Positions 12,979-24,721 of a stretch of DNA of 64,000 bases are shown here, piece after piece; positions within the stretch are counted from its first letter, which is position 1; every line of letters begins with the position of its first letter. The position numbers and the translations under genes were made by a program. The stretch lies in NCBI RefSeq assembly GCF_006345805.1, contig NC_043004.1:46314001-46378000 (forward strand). Direction: 5' to 3'. The notes under the pieces were generated by a model, which made no database searches, was not told the DNA's origin, and saw nothing but the letters and a program-made list of their open reading frames with translations. The DNA comes from Octopus sinensis. Lineage: Eukaryota.

Positions 12979-13244
12979 AATATGTCTATCTCTTATTATA
13001 AAAGGCAGATTTTATCTGCCTCCCTTTGTATCTTATAGAAATCTACAATATAGAATTTCTTCAATTACAATTTACCTAGCATTTTTAAGAGTAGAATGCA
13101 TCGGGTTTTGCCAGGTCAACTTTCTAAAATTTCAACCCCAATTAAGCAAAATTTAGAGAAAACTTACATTGTGGTGTATGAGTCAAATGCTTCTCTTAGT
13201 GTGGGATACAGCACACGCAAACGCACACACACAGTGTGCAATGA

Positions 13245-14175
13245 ATAAAGTGAAAGTAATTCACTTTCTGTAGTGAGTGACTCTTTCACTCTGCCTCCCA
13301 CTTCCACTTTACACACATAGACACGCAAATATATAAATAAAATTGTAAGCTAACGTGCGAGTGTGTGTGTGTGTGCGTGCGTCTGTGTGTGTGCGAGGGT
13401 ACGTGCGTGTGTGTGTGTGCGTGTGCGTGAGTGTGTGACAGGAAAGTTTTTTAGGACGAATATAAGACCTATATCCAAGTATCAGAAAGATCGCCCAAAA
13501 GTGTATATAGATATTTAAATGTATTTATATATTCATCTATACACAGATGTATGTATAATGTGTGTGTATATATTTCTATAGACGTAACCATTCACTCCGC
13601 ACAAAGGTTTTTAGGACGAAAATAAGATCTAAAGTTATCTCTAAGTAGCACAAAGATCACCCAAAAGTGTATATAGATATATAAATGTATTTATATATTC
13701 ATCTATGCACACATGTATGTATAACGTGTGTGTATATATTTCCATAGAGGTAACCATTCACTCCATACAAAGGTTTTTAGGACGAAAATAAGATCTAAAG
13801 TTATCTCTAAGAAACAGAAAGATCGCCCAAAAGTGTATATAGATATTTAAATGTATTTATATATTCATCTATACACACATGTATGTATAATGTGCGTGTA
13901 TATATTTCCATAGAGGTAAAAGTGAAAGTAATTCACTTTCTGTAGTAAGTGACTCTTTCACTCTGCCTCCCACTTCCTCTTTACACACATAGACACGCAA
14001 ATATATAAATAAAATTGTAATCTAACGTGCGTGTGTGTGAGTGTGTGTGTGTGTGCGTCTGTGTGTGTGTGAGGGTGCGCGCGTGTGTGTGTGCGTGTGC
14101 GTGAGTGTGTGACAGGAAAGTTTTTTAGGACGAATATAAGACCTATATCCAAGTAGCAGAAAGATCGCCCAAAAG
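13245..14175. repeat. Nested tandem repeats inside the Helitron (about 160-168 bp units; about 670-bp duplication)
   Basis: aaggtttttaggacgaa recurs near 13445, 13603, 13771, 14118; aaagtgaaagtaattcac recurs near 13248 and 13919. Confidence 0.85.
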
Positions 14176-14253
14176 TAATTTACCATCATTTTTTTCCATT
14201 TTAATGCATATTTTTTTTAATAAAGGAAAGTAACTCTCAAACTTCACACCAAT

Positions 14254-14745
14254 ATGCGTGCTCATATGCGACGTAATATCACATCAGCAGCATTTCCTCA
14301 CACCCTCCTTGCACTCGGCGAAGGCCAAATACCAGGGGATGAAAATGGTAATATTGCCATCGATTCCATTTCTACCATTGTTAAGACGCCTTCTGATCTC
14401 AGAGATGCAGTGTTCCCAGATCTACAAGCTAATTATCAGAATATGGATTGGATTGGCAAATAGGCTATACTGGCCCCGAGGAATAAAACTCTTCACCATA
14501 TTAATGATGAAATGCTAAAACTCATTCCTGGGGAAGTCTATGTATATCAGTCTATCGATACAACTCCTGACCCAGAGGACGTCATCAACTATCCAATAGA
14601 GGTACTCAATTCCTTTGAGCACCCCGGACTACCACCACACTTTCTCAAACTTAAAGTTGGTGCCCCTATAATGCTCATCAGAAATTTGTTTCCCCCAAAA
14701 CAATGCAATGGCACACGTTTGATCGTTAAGTCCTTATCTCCCACC
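14254..14745 (+). pseudogene. Helitron Pif1-family helicase fragment
   Basis: NMR..F..LLALGEG..VFP..W..*AILAPRN..IN..YQSID..YPIEVLNSF..GLPPHFLKLKVGAPIMLIRNLFPPKQCNGTRLIVK; one in-frame TAG at 14461. Confidence 0.9.
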
Positions 14746-14851
14746 GTAAACTTATATCAATATTTGCCTGAATAATCATCATAATTCAGTGCAATCATTA
14801 ACAGTACTTTCAAGCAATTCAGCCCCGAGCAACGCCGGGCAATTCTGCTAG

Positions 14852-15190
14852 TCTATATATAAAACTAAGAATGTGTGTCTGTCTGTGTATGTGTGTGTTT
14901 CTGTATGCGTGCGTGACTAAAATTCGACAACTGCCTTACTGATGTCATTAAAATTTTATACATCCCTTACTTAGGGACCATGGATTGACATGCCCTCGCC
15001 CCCAGATTCCACCTTCTTACCTAACGCGAGCATGGAGCAATCTCTTATCTCTTAAACTGTTTCCGTACTACGTGTCAAAAGTGAAACAATAACATCTCTG
15101 TTGTAATGCAAGATATTAGTTCCACTATTATATGGCTTCAATTTCAATTGCTTTCACTGTAAATCTATATTAGTTTCATTTCTGTTAGTT
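14852..15190 (+). mobile_element. 5' part of a second Helitron abutting the first
   Basis: TCTATATATAAAACTAAGAATGTGTGTCTGTCTG begins immediately after CTAG; 3' end not found. Confidence 0.6.
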
Positions 15191-15243
15191 TTAGTATGTA
15201 TTTATGCCCTCCCTCATATATATGTGTATATATACACATGAAG

Positions 15244-15283
<40 letters not shown>

Positions 15284-15329
15284 TTTTGCATATATATGTA
15301 TGTAAGTATATCTACGTATACATATATAA

Positions 15330-15419
<90 letters not shown>

Positions 15420-15631
15420 ATCAAAATAAGCAAGAAGGATATCCAGAGGTAGTGTAGTACAATCGTTTCATGTACGACACTACTTTGGATATCCTTGTTG
15501 CTTGGTTTGATTATAATCACCCCATCTGATTTATATGGATATTCCATACCAGGTTCTGGTGCATTTAACTTAAGTACCATATTCATCTGAATCTAAATTT
15601 TGGCTGAACTTATATATATTGATATATATAT

Positions 15632-15707
<76 letters not shown>

Positions 15708-15844
15708 ATTTATATATATTCATATAAATACATGTGTGTATATAGACGTATGTATATATATATATATATGTATGTATATGTATATATATTCATATAAATG
15801 CATGTGTGTGTATATACGTATGTCTATATATATATATATTTAAA

Positions 15845-16166
15845 AAGACTCCGCCGGTTACGACGACGAGAGTCCCAGCTGATACGATCAACGGAACAGC
15901 TTGCTCGTGAAATTAACGTGCAAATGGCTGAGCATTCCACAGACACGTGTACCCTTAACGTAGATCTCGGGGATAATCAGCGTGACACAGAGAGTGACAA
16001 GGCTGACCCTTTGAAATACAAGTACAACTCATTTTTGCCAGCTGAGTGGACTGGAGCAACGTGAAATAAAGTGTCTTGCTCAAGGACACAACGCGTCGCC
16101 GGGAATCGAACTCACAACCTTACGATCATGAGCCGAATGCCCTAACCACTAAGCCACGCGCCCTCA
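15845..16166 (-). mobile_element. tRNA-derived SINE (CORE-like segment plus domain shared with family A)
   Basis: Minus: gtggcttagtggttagg A box, gagttcgattccc B box, gttgtgtccttgagcaagacac segment, then cttgtcactctctgtgtcacgctga..gttccgttgatcg. Confidence 0.8.
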
Positions 16167-16213
16167 TTATATATATATATGTGTGTGTGAATATGTATAA
16201 GTATATATTTATG

Positions 16214-16497
16214 TCTTCGGACGGGGCTGCGTGTTGTGTTCTTGAGCAAGGCACTTTATTTCACGTTGCTCCAGTTCACTCAGCTGTAGAAATGAGTTGC
16301 GACGTCACAGGTGCCAAGCTGTATCGGCCCTTGCCTTTCCCATGGACAACATCGGTGACGTGGAGAGGGGAGGCCGGTATGCATGGGCGACTGCTGGTCT
16401 TCCATAAAACAACCTTGCCCAGACTTGTGCCTCAGAGGGTATCTCTCTAGGTGCAAACCCATGGTCAGTACCTGACCGAAGGGGGTCTTTACCCTTT
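16214..16497 (+). mobile_element. 5'-truncated SINE with the same CORE-like segment but a different 3' tail
   Basis: gttgtgttcttgagcaaggcactttatttcacgttgctccag matches 16040-16100 reverse complement; tail ..gaccgaagggggtctttaccc. Confidence 0.7.
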
Positions 16498-16526
16498 TAT
16501 ATATCTGCATACACACACACACACAT

Positions 16527-16573
<47 letters not shown>

Positions 16574-16591
16574 TATGTGTGTGTGTGTATA

Positions 16592-16890
16592 GGCGCGGGA
16601 ATGATTATGTGGTTCCGGGTTCAGTCCCACTGCGTGTTAGCTTGGGCAAGTGTCTTCTTTTATGGTTTAAGGCCGACCACACCTTGAGAGTGGATTTGGT
16701 AGACAGAAACTGACGGAATCCCGTCGTATATATTTATATATGTCTGTGTATGTGTTTGTCCCCACTTGGCAACCGATGTTTGTGTGCTTACCTCCTCCTA
16801 ACTTAGCGGCAAAATATAATGATAGAATAAGTACTAGGTTTCAAACAATGTGCTAGGGGTCAATTTGCTCAACTAAAAGCGGTGTGCTTA
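16592..16890 (+). mobile_element. SINE family C (degenerate)
   Basis: gggttcagtcccactgcgtg..ttgggcaagtgtcttc..gtggatttggtagac, as in 32467-32865. Confidence 0.75.
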
Positions 16891-16908
16891 CTCCGGAATA
16901 TATATATA

Positions 16909-16949
<41 letters not shown>

Positions 16950-16950
16950 T

Positions 16951-16954
<4 letters not shown>

Positions 16955-16981
<27 letters not shown>

Positions 16982-16987
16982 TAGATT

Positions 16988-17068
<81 letters not shown>

Positions 17069-17075
17069 ATAGATA
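16955..17075. repeat. (GATA)n microsatellite
   Basis: Direct reading. Confidence 0.95.
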
Positions 17076-17307
17076 GGGGTAATACATATATGCATTTACT
17101 CTGGAATCACTCTGGTATAATCCAGGTTGTTGCTAACCGCATGGAATGGCCAAAGAGTAGCCTAGGACTATTGGAATAAACAAGCCCAACGTATATGTTT
17201 CGGAAACTAATTCCTGAGTTCGCCTCGTTGGAATATATACAAATTATTAAGTGAATAGCTAAACTATTCAAATCAATAAGCAGAATAGTACATCTGCACA
17301 TTTTTAT

Positions 17308-18251
17308 TGTTACGGTGATTTATGCACCATATTTAATTTAAATTTGTGTCGGTCATATCTTTCTGTTGCTTGGCTATCACGCAGTTTTGTTTACATTTAC
17401 ATTCAATTTGTTCATCTGGTCCATGTAATCCATGTATCTTTCTTCAAGATGTGTCACTATTATAGTTTGAAGTGAACTGAATTATAATAGTATAGACAGC
17501 ATTTAGTAGGGGGAGATTATTTGAGAATGCAAGGGATAAGATTGGTGTAGTTAGAAACTTGACAAACACTGATATTTGCTGTGAATCTCTAGTTTATCCG
17601 AAGAAGTAGATATTATATTAACAGCTAGAAAACCTATAACCTCAAATATATTAATTTTAACTCTAGTTATCTCTTGCGTTTATGCGAATAAAAAAGATCT
17701 TTAGTAAAAAGAGAACGATAGTATAATAATGTGCTGGCAGAAATAATATATAGGGGTACGTTAATATATAGTCCAAGAACGAAATGAAGGAATATATGAG
17801 TAGAAATAGTACACCGAACCTTGCAGTTATGGGTATCAAGAATAGTGTAACTGGAAAAAAGGTAACATCCACTTGCAAGGTCCGCAATAGCTATAAGAAA
17901 ATAAAAGCATAATGGGTCGGAACATTACCATCTACAATACTAACACTAAGTTTAATCAATAAAAATTTCTTCACAACACCTCTTCATATTAGCCTCCCAT
18001 AAAACCTAATTACCACCCCACTCAAATCCACGAAACAAGGGAAGACTTTAACTCAACAGAGATTATAGAAAGCCAAGATTACCCCTAATGCACTGCAGTC
18101 CGACTGTCTTAACTAGCCCAGAATTTGAAGTCACTCTCAACAATATTCTCATCTGACAACAAACTTGTTCTTTACAAAAGTTGAGAGTAACCTCTCAGAT
18201 GTTATGTAAATTTGTTTTTATAATAACTGAACACAAAACCAAGATTTAACA
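17308..18251. mobile_element. Candidate solo LTR (944 bp)
   Basis: TGTTA...TAACA termini with 4-bp TTAT duplication (17304-17307, 18252-18255); no ORF. The AT-rich context makes chance possible. Confidence 0.5.
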
Positions 18252-18494
18252 TTATTATATATATATATATATATGTACGTACGTATGTATGTATGTATGT
18301 ATGTATGTATGTATGTATGTATGTATGTATGTATGTATTTATGTATGTATGTATGTATGTATGTATAAATCTCCGTCCATGTCAAAGTTCTTTATCTAAT
18401 TTTTAATGAACATAAATGGGATATACCAATACTATATTTTCATACACATGCATAAACTAAGAATATGCGAAAGAAACTAATAAACCTGATACAT

Positions 18495-18838
18495 TCTGCG
18501 AAAATGTTCTATGGACAGACGAGTCGAAAATTGAATTGTTTGGAAGAAATTTGCGTAGCCACGTTTGGAGGAAAGATGGTACTGCCTATTCGCCGAAAAA
18601 CAAAATTCTTACCATAAAGTTTGGAGGTGGCAACATCATGGTGTGGGGCTGTTCCTCTGCAAATGGTACTGGCAATTTACATGTGATAGATGGTAGAATG
18701 AATGCAGAGATGTACCAAAATATTTTGAACAATAATTTATGAAAGTCCAGCTTTGTGAAGGGTGGGTTTTACAACACGATAACGACACTAAACACACGCG
18801 AAGTCTGCCAAAAAATGGATTGTCGATCACAATATAAA
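18495..18838 (+). mobile_element. Tc1-family DD34E transposase fragment
   Basis: [49 protein letters not shown]. Confidence 0.9.
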
Positions 18839-19007
18839 ATTATAGTAGTAGTTATTCTATGAATGAGTTCTTAATTTTCATACCGAACTTTTTTAACACT
18901 CTGTAAATACCAGCGGCTTGTCAACGGGGATCTTAGTCCACACAGTATCAAGGTATGATATAATAAATACGTAACATATGGTATAAATATATATATGTCT
19001 ATATTTT

Positions 19008-19190
19008 GTGTGTCTATGTTTGTCCCTCCACCATCCCTTCACAACTGATGTTAGTGTGTTTACGTCCCCGTAACTTAACGGTTCTTCAAAACATTAGGTA
19101 CTAAGCTTACAAAGAATAGGTCCTGGAATGGATGTGTTCAGGCAATGTTCCAGCATGGTCGCAGTCAAATGACTGAAACAAATAAAAGAA
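19008..19190 (+). mobile_element. SINE family C, 3' half
   Basis: gtgtttacgtccccgtaactta..cagtcaaatgactgaaacaa. Confidence 0.7.
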
Positions 19191-19222
19191 TATATATATT
19201 TAGGAATTTGTGTATATATATA

Positions 19223-19309
<87 letters not shown>

Positions 19310-19310
19310 A

Positions 19311-19375
<65 letters not shown>

Positions 19376-19632
19376 CAAATAAGGGTGAAAAATTGGATAT
19401 TAATTGAATAATACCCTCAATTTAACCTCAAGTGGCTTAGCGCATAAAAAACAGGGATACAATAAAAAAAATTATACATAAATATAATAGAGTGACCACT
19501 ATATGGTCGACTCTAGCGCTAAAAATAGATCCGCTATAGTATTAGCCACTAAAAAATTGTTCCAATGAGAATTAACACAACATTTAACGTATACGAGCAG
19601 GGCAAGTGAAAAATAACAAAAATATAGATTAA

Positions 19633-19705
19633 CTCTGGACAATTGTTTCGCTATTAATGTATTATGCAATTTTACTTACACAACATCTATAGGTCATCAG
19701 CAGAA
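19633..19705 (-). ncRNA. Type I hammerhead ribozyme
   Basis: UUCUG-CUGAUGA-(44-nt imperfect stem II)-GAAAC AAUU GUC|CAGAG; 5-bp stem I; palindrome ACAAUUGU. Confidence 0.82.
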
Positions 19706-20184
19706 TTTGTCTAAAATACGATTTATTAAATCGCACGCTGAATTTTAACATAACATCAAATACACGTGTGTTTTAATCGATTATATTCACAGTGAAGATT
19801 CAAATTCCCTCGCTAAAAGTGCGATAAAACTTCTGGAAACAAATACTGCATAAAAGATTTACTGCAGTATAATTAATATTACAAATAAGGGTGAAAAATT
19901 GGATATTAATTTAGTAATACCATCAATTTAACACCAAGTGGCTTAGCACATAAAAACCAGGGATACAATAAAAATTTATACATAAATATAAGAGAGTGAC
20001 CACTATATGGTTGACTCTAGCGCTAAAAATAGATCCGCTATGTTATTAGCCACTAAAAAAATGTTTCCAAGGAGAATTAACACAGCATTCAACTTAAATG
20101 AGCAGGGCAAGTGAAAAATAACAAAAATATAGTTTAACTCTGGGCAATTGTTTCGCTATTAATTAATTGTATTTTAGACAAATA

Positions 20185-20250
20185 CTGCTGATGACCTATA
20201 GACGTTGTGTAAGTAAAATTGCATAATACATTAATAGCGAAACAATTGTC
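20185..20250 (+). ncRNA. Hammerhead core lacking the 3' strand of stem I
   Basis: CTGATGA 20188-20194, GAAACAATTGTC ending at 20250, exactly the predicted cleavage site. Confidence 0.7.
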
Positions 20251-21837
20251 ATCAGTTGTCGGCTATTCAACTACTCCACATTTCGAGCAAGTAACTTGTT
20301 ATATGTAACTCTGCGCCATATTATTGAAAATGTTCAAAGTTGTCATCCTTACGTTTTCTGCTCTTATATTTTCACTTTATGTATCACAAACTACGCTTGA
20401 TTATCTGGTTACATCAAATTGAATTTGGGCTATATACTATATATGAACATATTTTTAAATAATTTACACAAGAGCTTGCAGTCGAAATAATGTAGTAAAT
20501 TTATGGCTCTGTACTCATTGGACTTATAAGCTCATCCAATATATTGTTCTGTGAATCTATTTTAAAAACGCAACTCACAGTATCTCTATTTCTTTTGCAA
20601 TAGGTTGCAAGGCCCTGCATTTTCCCTAACAGCATTATCTGCTTGAGATTTTCGACTAGTGTCAAATTACCTAAGGTCAAACATTTGAAGTCTGAATATG
20701 ACGTGATTGAGTAATTGAATACGTGGGTAATTTCAATGCACATTAACGAATACTTAGAAAAAAGAATATAAAATTGTTTACACATACAATCAACTATCTT
20801 TTCAGTAAATTCTTTTCTCTCTCTCTTTCTTAATCTAATCTTAAAACCTCCTTCACTCGTCCGAGTGCAGTTTAGACACACACACACGCAGACACACAAA
20901 CAAACATATATACATATACAATATATAAACATATACATATGTGCATGTGTGTACATGTACATATACATATACATATATATGTGTGTGCGTGCGTGTTTCT
21001 GTGTGTGTTTGTATCGATATCTAAATATTTACGCGTGTGTAAATGTGCAAGCACTCTTTCGAGTTTATACGCATCTGTGTATGTATTGTAATATACGAAT
21101 ATGCCGATAGTAAAATATAGACATCTTTCAAACTCTCGATAGAATGGATCGATAGAGCATGGATCGATGGATCATTGACTAAGTATCTGTCTAGATATAT
21201 AATATACAGATAATACATGTATTCGTGCAATTAAAGAGCATTTTATTGGATTTAAGACAAATATGTGTCCATTCCTAGGTCAGCTTGATATGCGACACAA
21301 AATAAACTATACATTAAAATTACTTCAGTAAATGAATCCAAACCCATAATCTTAATTTTTCGGCGTATATGAAAGGGAAAAAAACTCTTATTATACATCG
21401 CTTTGCAGTCAATATTTGAGCAGCCATTGTTACGTTGCTACATTAGTATCCTAACCCAAACAAAGAAGTTATAAAGCATTAGTGGCTGATAATAGTATTT
21501 GGCAAACGGATTATCTTATGCAATCAAATCTCCTTCGAAGAAGTGCTAACGTGATCGGCATGGTCGTATCCAATTACAATTCTGAGTAACTCGATGTTAA
21601 TGGTTATATAAACAGCTTTCTTTAGATAAGACGCAATAAACACAATGAGAAATGGGAGTTCGATTTTTCTTCCCCACCTTCCAACAAACTAATCTGCTTT
21701 CCAGTAAAACAGAAATCAAATAAAATAAATAAATATATCTAATTCTTTTGTGCGTGGTGAAACAAAAAAGAAAATAACTGTGATGCACTGATATGAAAAA
21801 TGAGTTCAATTCTTTCTATTCTCTCTCTCACTTTCAC

Positions 21838-21878
<41 letters not shown>

Positions 21879-21998
21879 ATATATATATATATATATATCA
21901 TTTGTATATATGTATTTATATATGTGTGTATGTATGTGTGTGTGCACGTATGTGTACGGGCATTGTGTGTGTGGATGTACTCGTGTATACACACACAG

Positions 21999-22029
<31 letters not shown>

Positions 22030-22055
22030 TATATATATATATATACACACGTGTT

Positions 22056-22098
<43 letters not shown>

Positions 22099-22601
22099 GT
22101 GTCTGTATACGCACGTACATCCACACACACAATGCGTGTACACATACGTGCATACATACACACACACACACACACATATATATGTATATGTATATATACA
22201 TATATGTACGTATATATCTATATATATTACTATAGCTTAATGTATGAAGGTTGTTCAAGTTAGAAGATGGAGATATTATCACGTACAATATATGCTGGCC
22301 ACTTTCACAGTTAAGAGTGGCTAAGGCTTGAATGTTGTGTATGAGACAAGTTCTAGTCGTGTAATTTCAATTCATCCTGCTTACATTAAAACTTCTATAC
22401 GCATAACCAAAGTTGTATTTGGACATTTGGAATTAGTCCAAAATCAGCCGAATTCATTGAGCGAAATATTCAGTATTGGTGTGATTAACGTGTTCGTCTG
22501 TACGCTTTACAGACGTGCGTACAGAAAGCCCTCACTCTAATACGCCCACACACGTTCACATACGCTATATACATAAAGATAGGCACTAATTATATCAGTG
22601 C

Positions 22602-22708
<107 letters not shown>

Positions 22709-22829
22709 TGCAGATATATATATATATAATATATATATATATATGTATGTATATATGTATATATATATATATATGCGTGTGTTTGTGTGTGTATATATGT
22801 GTATATGTATATATAATATATATATATAT

Positions 22830-22871
<42 letters not shown>

Positions 22872-23140
22872 ATGTATATATAATCATACAGATATACCTA
22901 CTTATACGTATGTGTGTGTGTGTGTCTGTGTGTGTGTACGTACGTATGTTTGGAGCACTCTCTGAAAAAGCACACTATTGCTTTAGAGTGTGCAACGTTT
23001 TCGTATATGTGAACTACTGACGATATATGTGTGTGTACATGCGCTCTTTTCCTTCTCTGGGAATCTTATTTATACTTTCTATATGCTACGTCCACACGTT
23101 GTATTTTTTCATGCATATATATATACACACATACATAATG

Positions 23141-23199
<59 letters not shown>

Positions 23200-23209
23200 A
23201 TATATATAT

Positions 23210-23420
23210 AAAGTTATTCCAAACATGAAAACACAAAGAGTAAACACAAAAACGCGAGAAAGTGGAATAAATATAGTATTATTGGACGCTCAGGAACGAA
23301 GAGAAGAAGGAGGGTACAACGTTTCGAGCGGAGCTCTTCGTCAGAAACATAGGAAAAGGAAAGATCAAAAGAAGGGAAGACGGAGGAAAAAATATAGATA
23401 TATAATAAATAACTGCGTTA
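23210..23420 (-). mobile_element. Penelope-like pLTR/3' fragment with minimal HHR (23314-23349)
   Basis: Minus: GUUU-CUGACGA-A-GAGC UCC GCUC-GAAACGUU; stem I decayed; 3' end in (TA)n. Confidence 0.6.
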
Positions 23421-23492
23421 GTGTGTACATATATAATCAGGTATCTTTATCTCTCGGTTTATCTATCTCACTTCCATCCCCCTCTCTCTCTT

Positions 23493-23525
<33 letters not shown>

Positions 23526-23544
23526 TATATATATAATAGTGAAC

Positions 23545-23904
23545 AAGGCACTAATCAACATCAGTGTTACTAGATATAAGAGTCAAAACAACTCAATAGC
23601 CACAAAAGTCACTATTTTAATGAGCTGACAAGGGTGACAAGGCCCTACTGTCGCAAGCAAATTGGATCATCGGTGATTTCGCATTCTGATGCTTAACGCA
23701 TCTTAATGCTCTTCAGGAGCTCTCACAATGCCTAAGGTGGGAGCTACTGGTGAACTTTATGATGCGTTAAGCATCAGAATGAGAGATCATGGACGATCGT
23801 AGAGAGCTTATATCCCTTGTTAACTCACTAAGATAGTGCTTTTTGTGGCTTTTAAGTTGTTTTGACTCTTATTTCTAGCAATACTGGTGCTGATTCGTGC
23901 CCTT
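23545..23904. mobile_element. Foldback/MITE-like element with long imperfect inverted repeats
   Basis: 18-bp perfect pair 23576-23593/23855-23872; 21-bp perfect pair 23682-23702/23761-23781. Confidence 0.7.
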
Positions 23905-24029
23905 CGTCATTTTAGTGACTTATATATTTCTGCCTGCCTTTATGTTGTTAAATTGTAAATTAGCCACCCGTATCATATATATATGTATATATATGCATGT
24001 ATGTATGTATATATCTATCTATCTATCTC

Positions 24030-24181
24030 GGCGAGCTGGCAGAAACGTGGAGGTCGACTTTGCCTTTCATCCTTTCGGGGTCGATAAAGTAAGTAGCAGT
24101 TACGCACTGGGGTCGATGTAATCGACTTAATCCGTTCGTCTGTCCTTGTTTGACCCCTCTATATTTAACCCCTTGTGGGCA

Positions 24182-24183
<2 letters not shown>
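24030..24183 (+). mobile_element. SINE family D with internal deletion
   Basis: ggcgagctggcagaaacg..tttcatcctttcggggtcgata..cccttgtggg, as in 60438-60650. Confidence 0.8.
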
Positions 24184-24187
<4 letters not shown>

Positions 24188-24212
<25 letters not shown>

Positions 24213-24721
24213 CGGTTATGTGAAGCTAATGGGGACTGTATTCAATCCTTGACTGGAGATGATTGCTGCTGGAAGACCATACTTGTGGCAGTAAGATTCG
24301 GATCCTCACCATGCTTCCGTAAACTGTCACAAGTGGTGATCGGAGAATGTCTACGACTTCACCTGCCCCAATTTCTGGCTTTATTATTTTCCCCGGTGTT
24401 AATCCTATGGAATACTATGTGTGAGACATGGTTGAGAAAGACACCAAGGTCAAATTTGCGACCAAGGTCGAGTTTGTGGCCAAAGACAAGAAGGTTTTCG
24501 AATATCTTTCCCGGGACACTGAGCAATGCATGGGCCAGATTCCAGAAACGTCATGAGGCTGTCGTTGGAGCTGACGGCGACTACTATCAATAAATAGCTA
24601 TTGCGCAGTCATTGCTTAATTGATATCTTTCCATAATTTAACATGCAATAATTTTATTGAATTCGATATTGTGTTTTCTTTCCTATATATGCAAACTACC
24701 AAATTTAGTTCAAACATCCTA
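24188..24721 (+). mobile_element. Tc1/mariner-superfamily (maT/DD37D-like) transposase C-terminal fragment and right end
   Basis: YVKLM..AAGRPYLWQ*DSDPHH..W*SEN..NPMEYYV*DMVEKDT; decayed. Confidence 0.7.

Larger units (their letters stand above)
12989..14851 (+). mobile_element. Non-autonomous Helitron (internal deletion derivative)
   Basis: A|TC 5' end (TCTCTTATTATAAAA), 3' hairpin cccg-agcaacgc-cggg (14824-14839) then CTAG (14848-14851); contains a helicase remnant and tandem repeats. Confidence 0.8.
19373..20250. mobile_element. Second retrozyme-like family: about 1.6 tandem 506-bp monomers (- strand) plus an 87-bp inverted piece
   Basis: ttacaaataagggtg at 19373 and 19879; inversion about 20164; HHR in unit 1 and in the inverted piece. 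Confidence 0.85.

Noticed and set aside
20501-20860. Minus-strand ORF segment of about 120 codons
   Set aside because: The start lies in a microsatellite, and there is no recognisable motif or splice support
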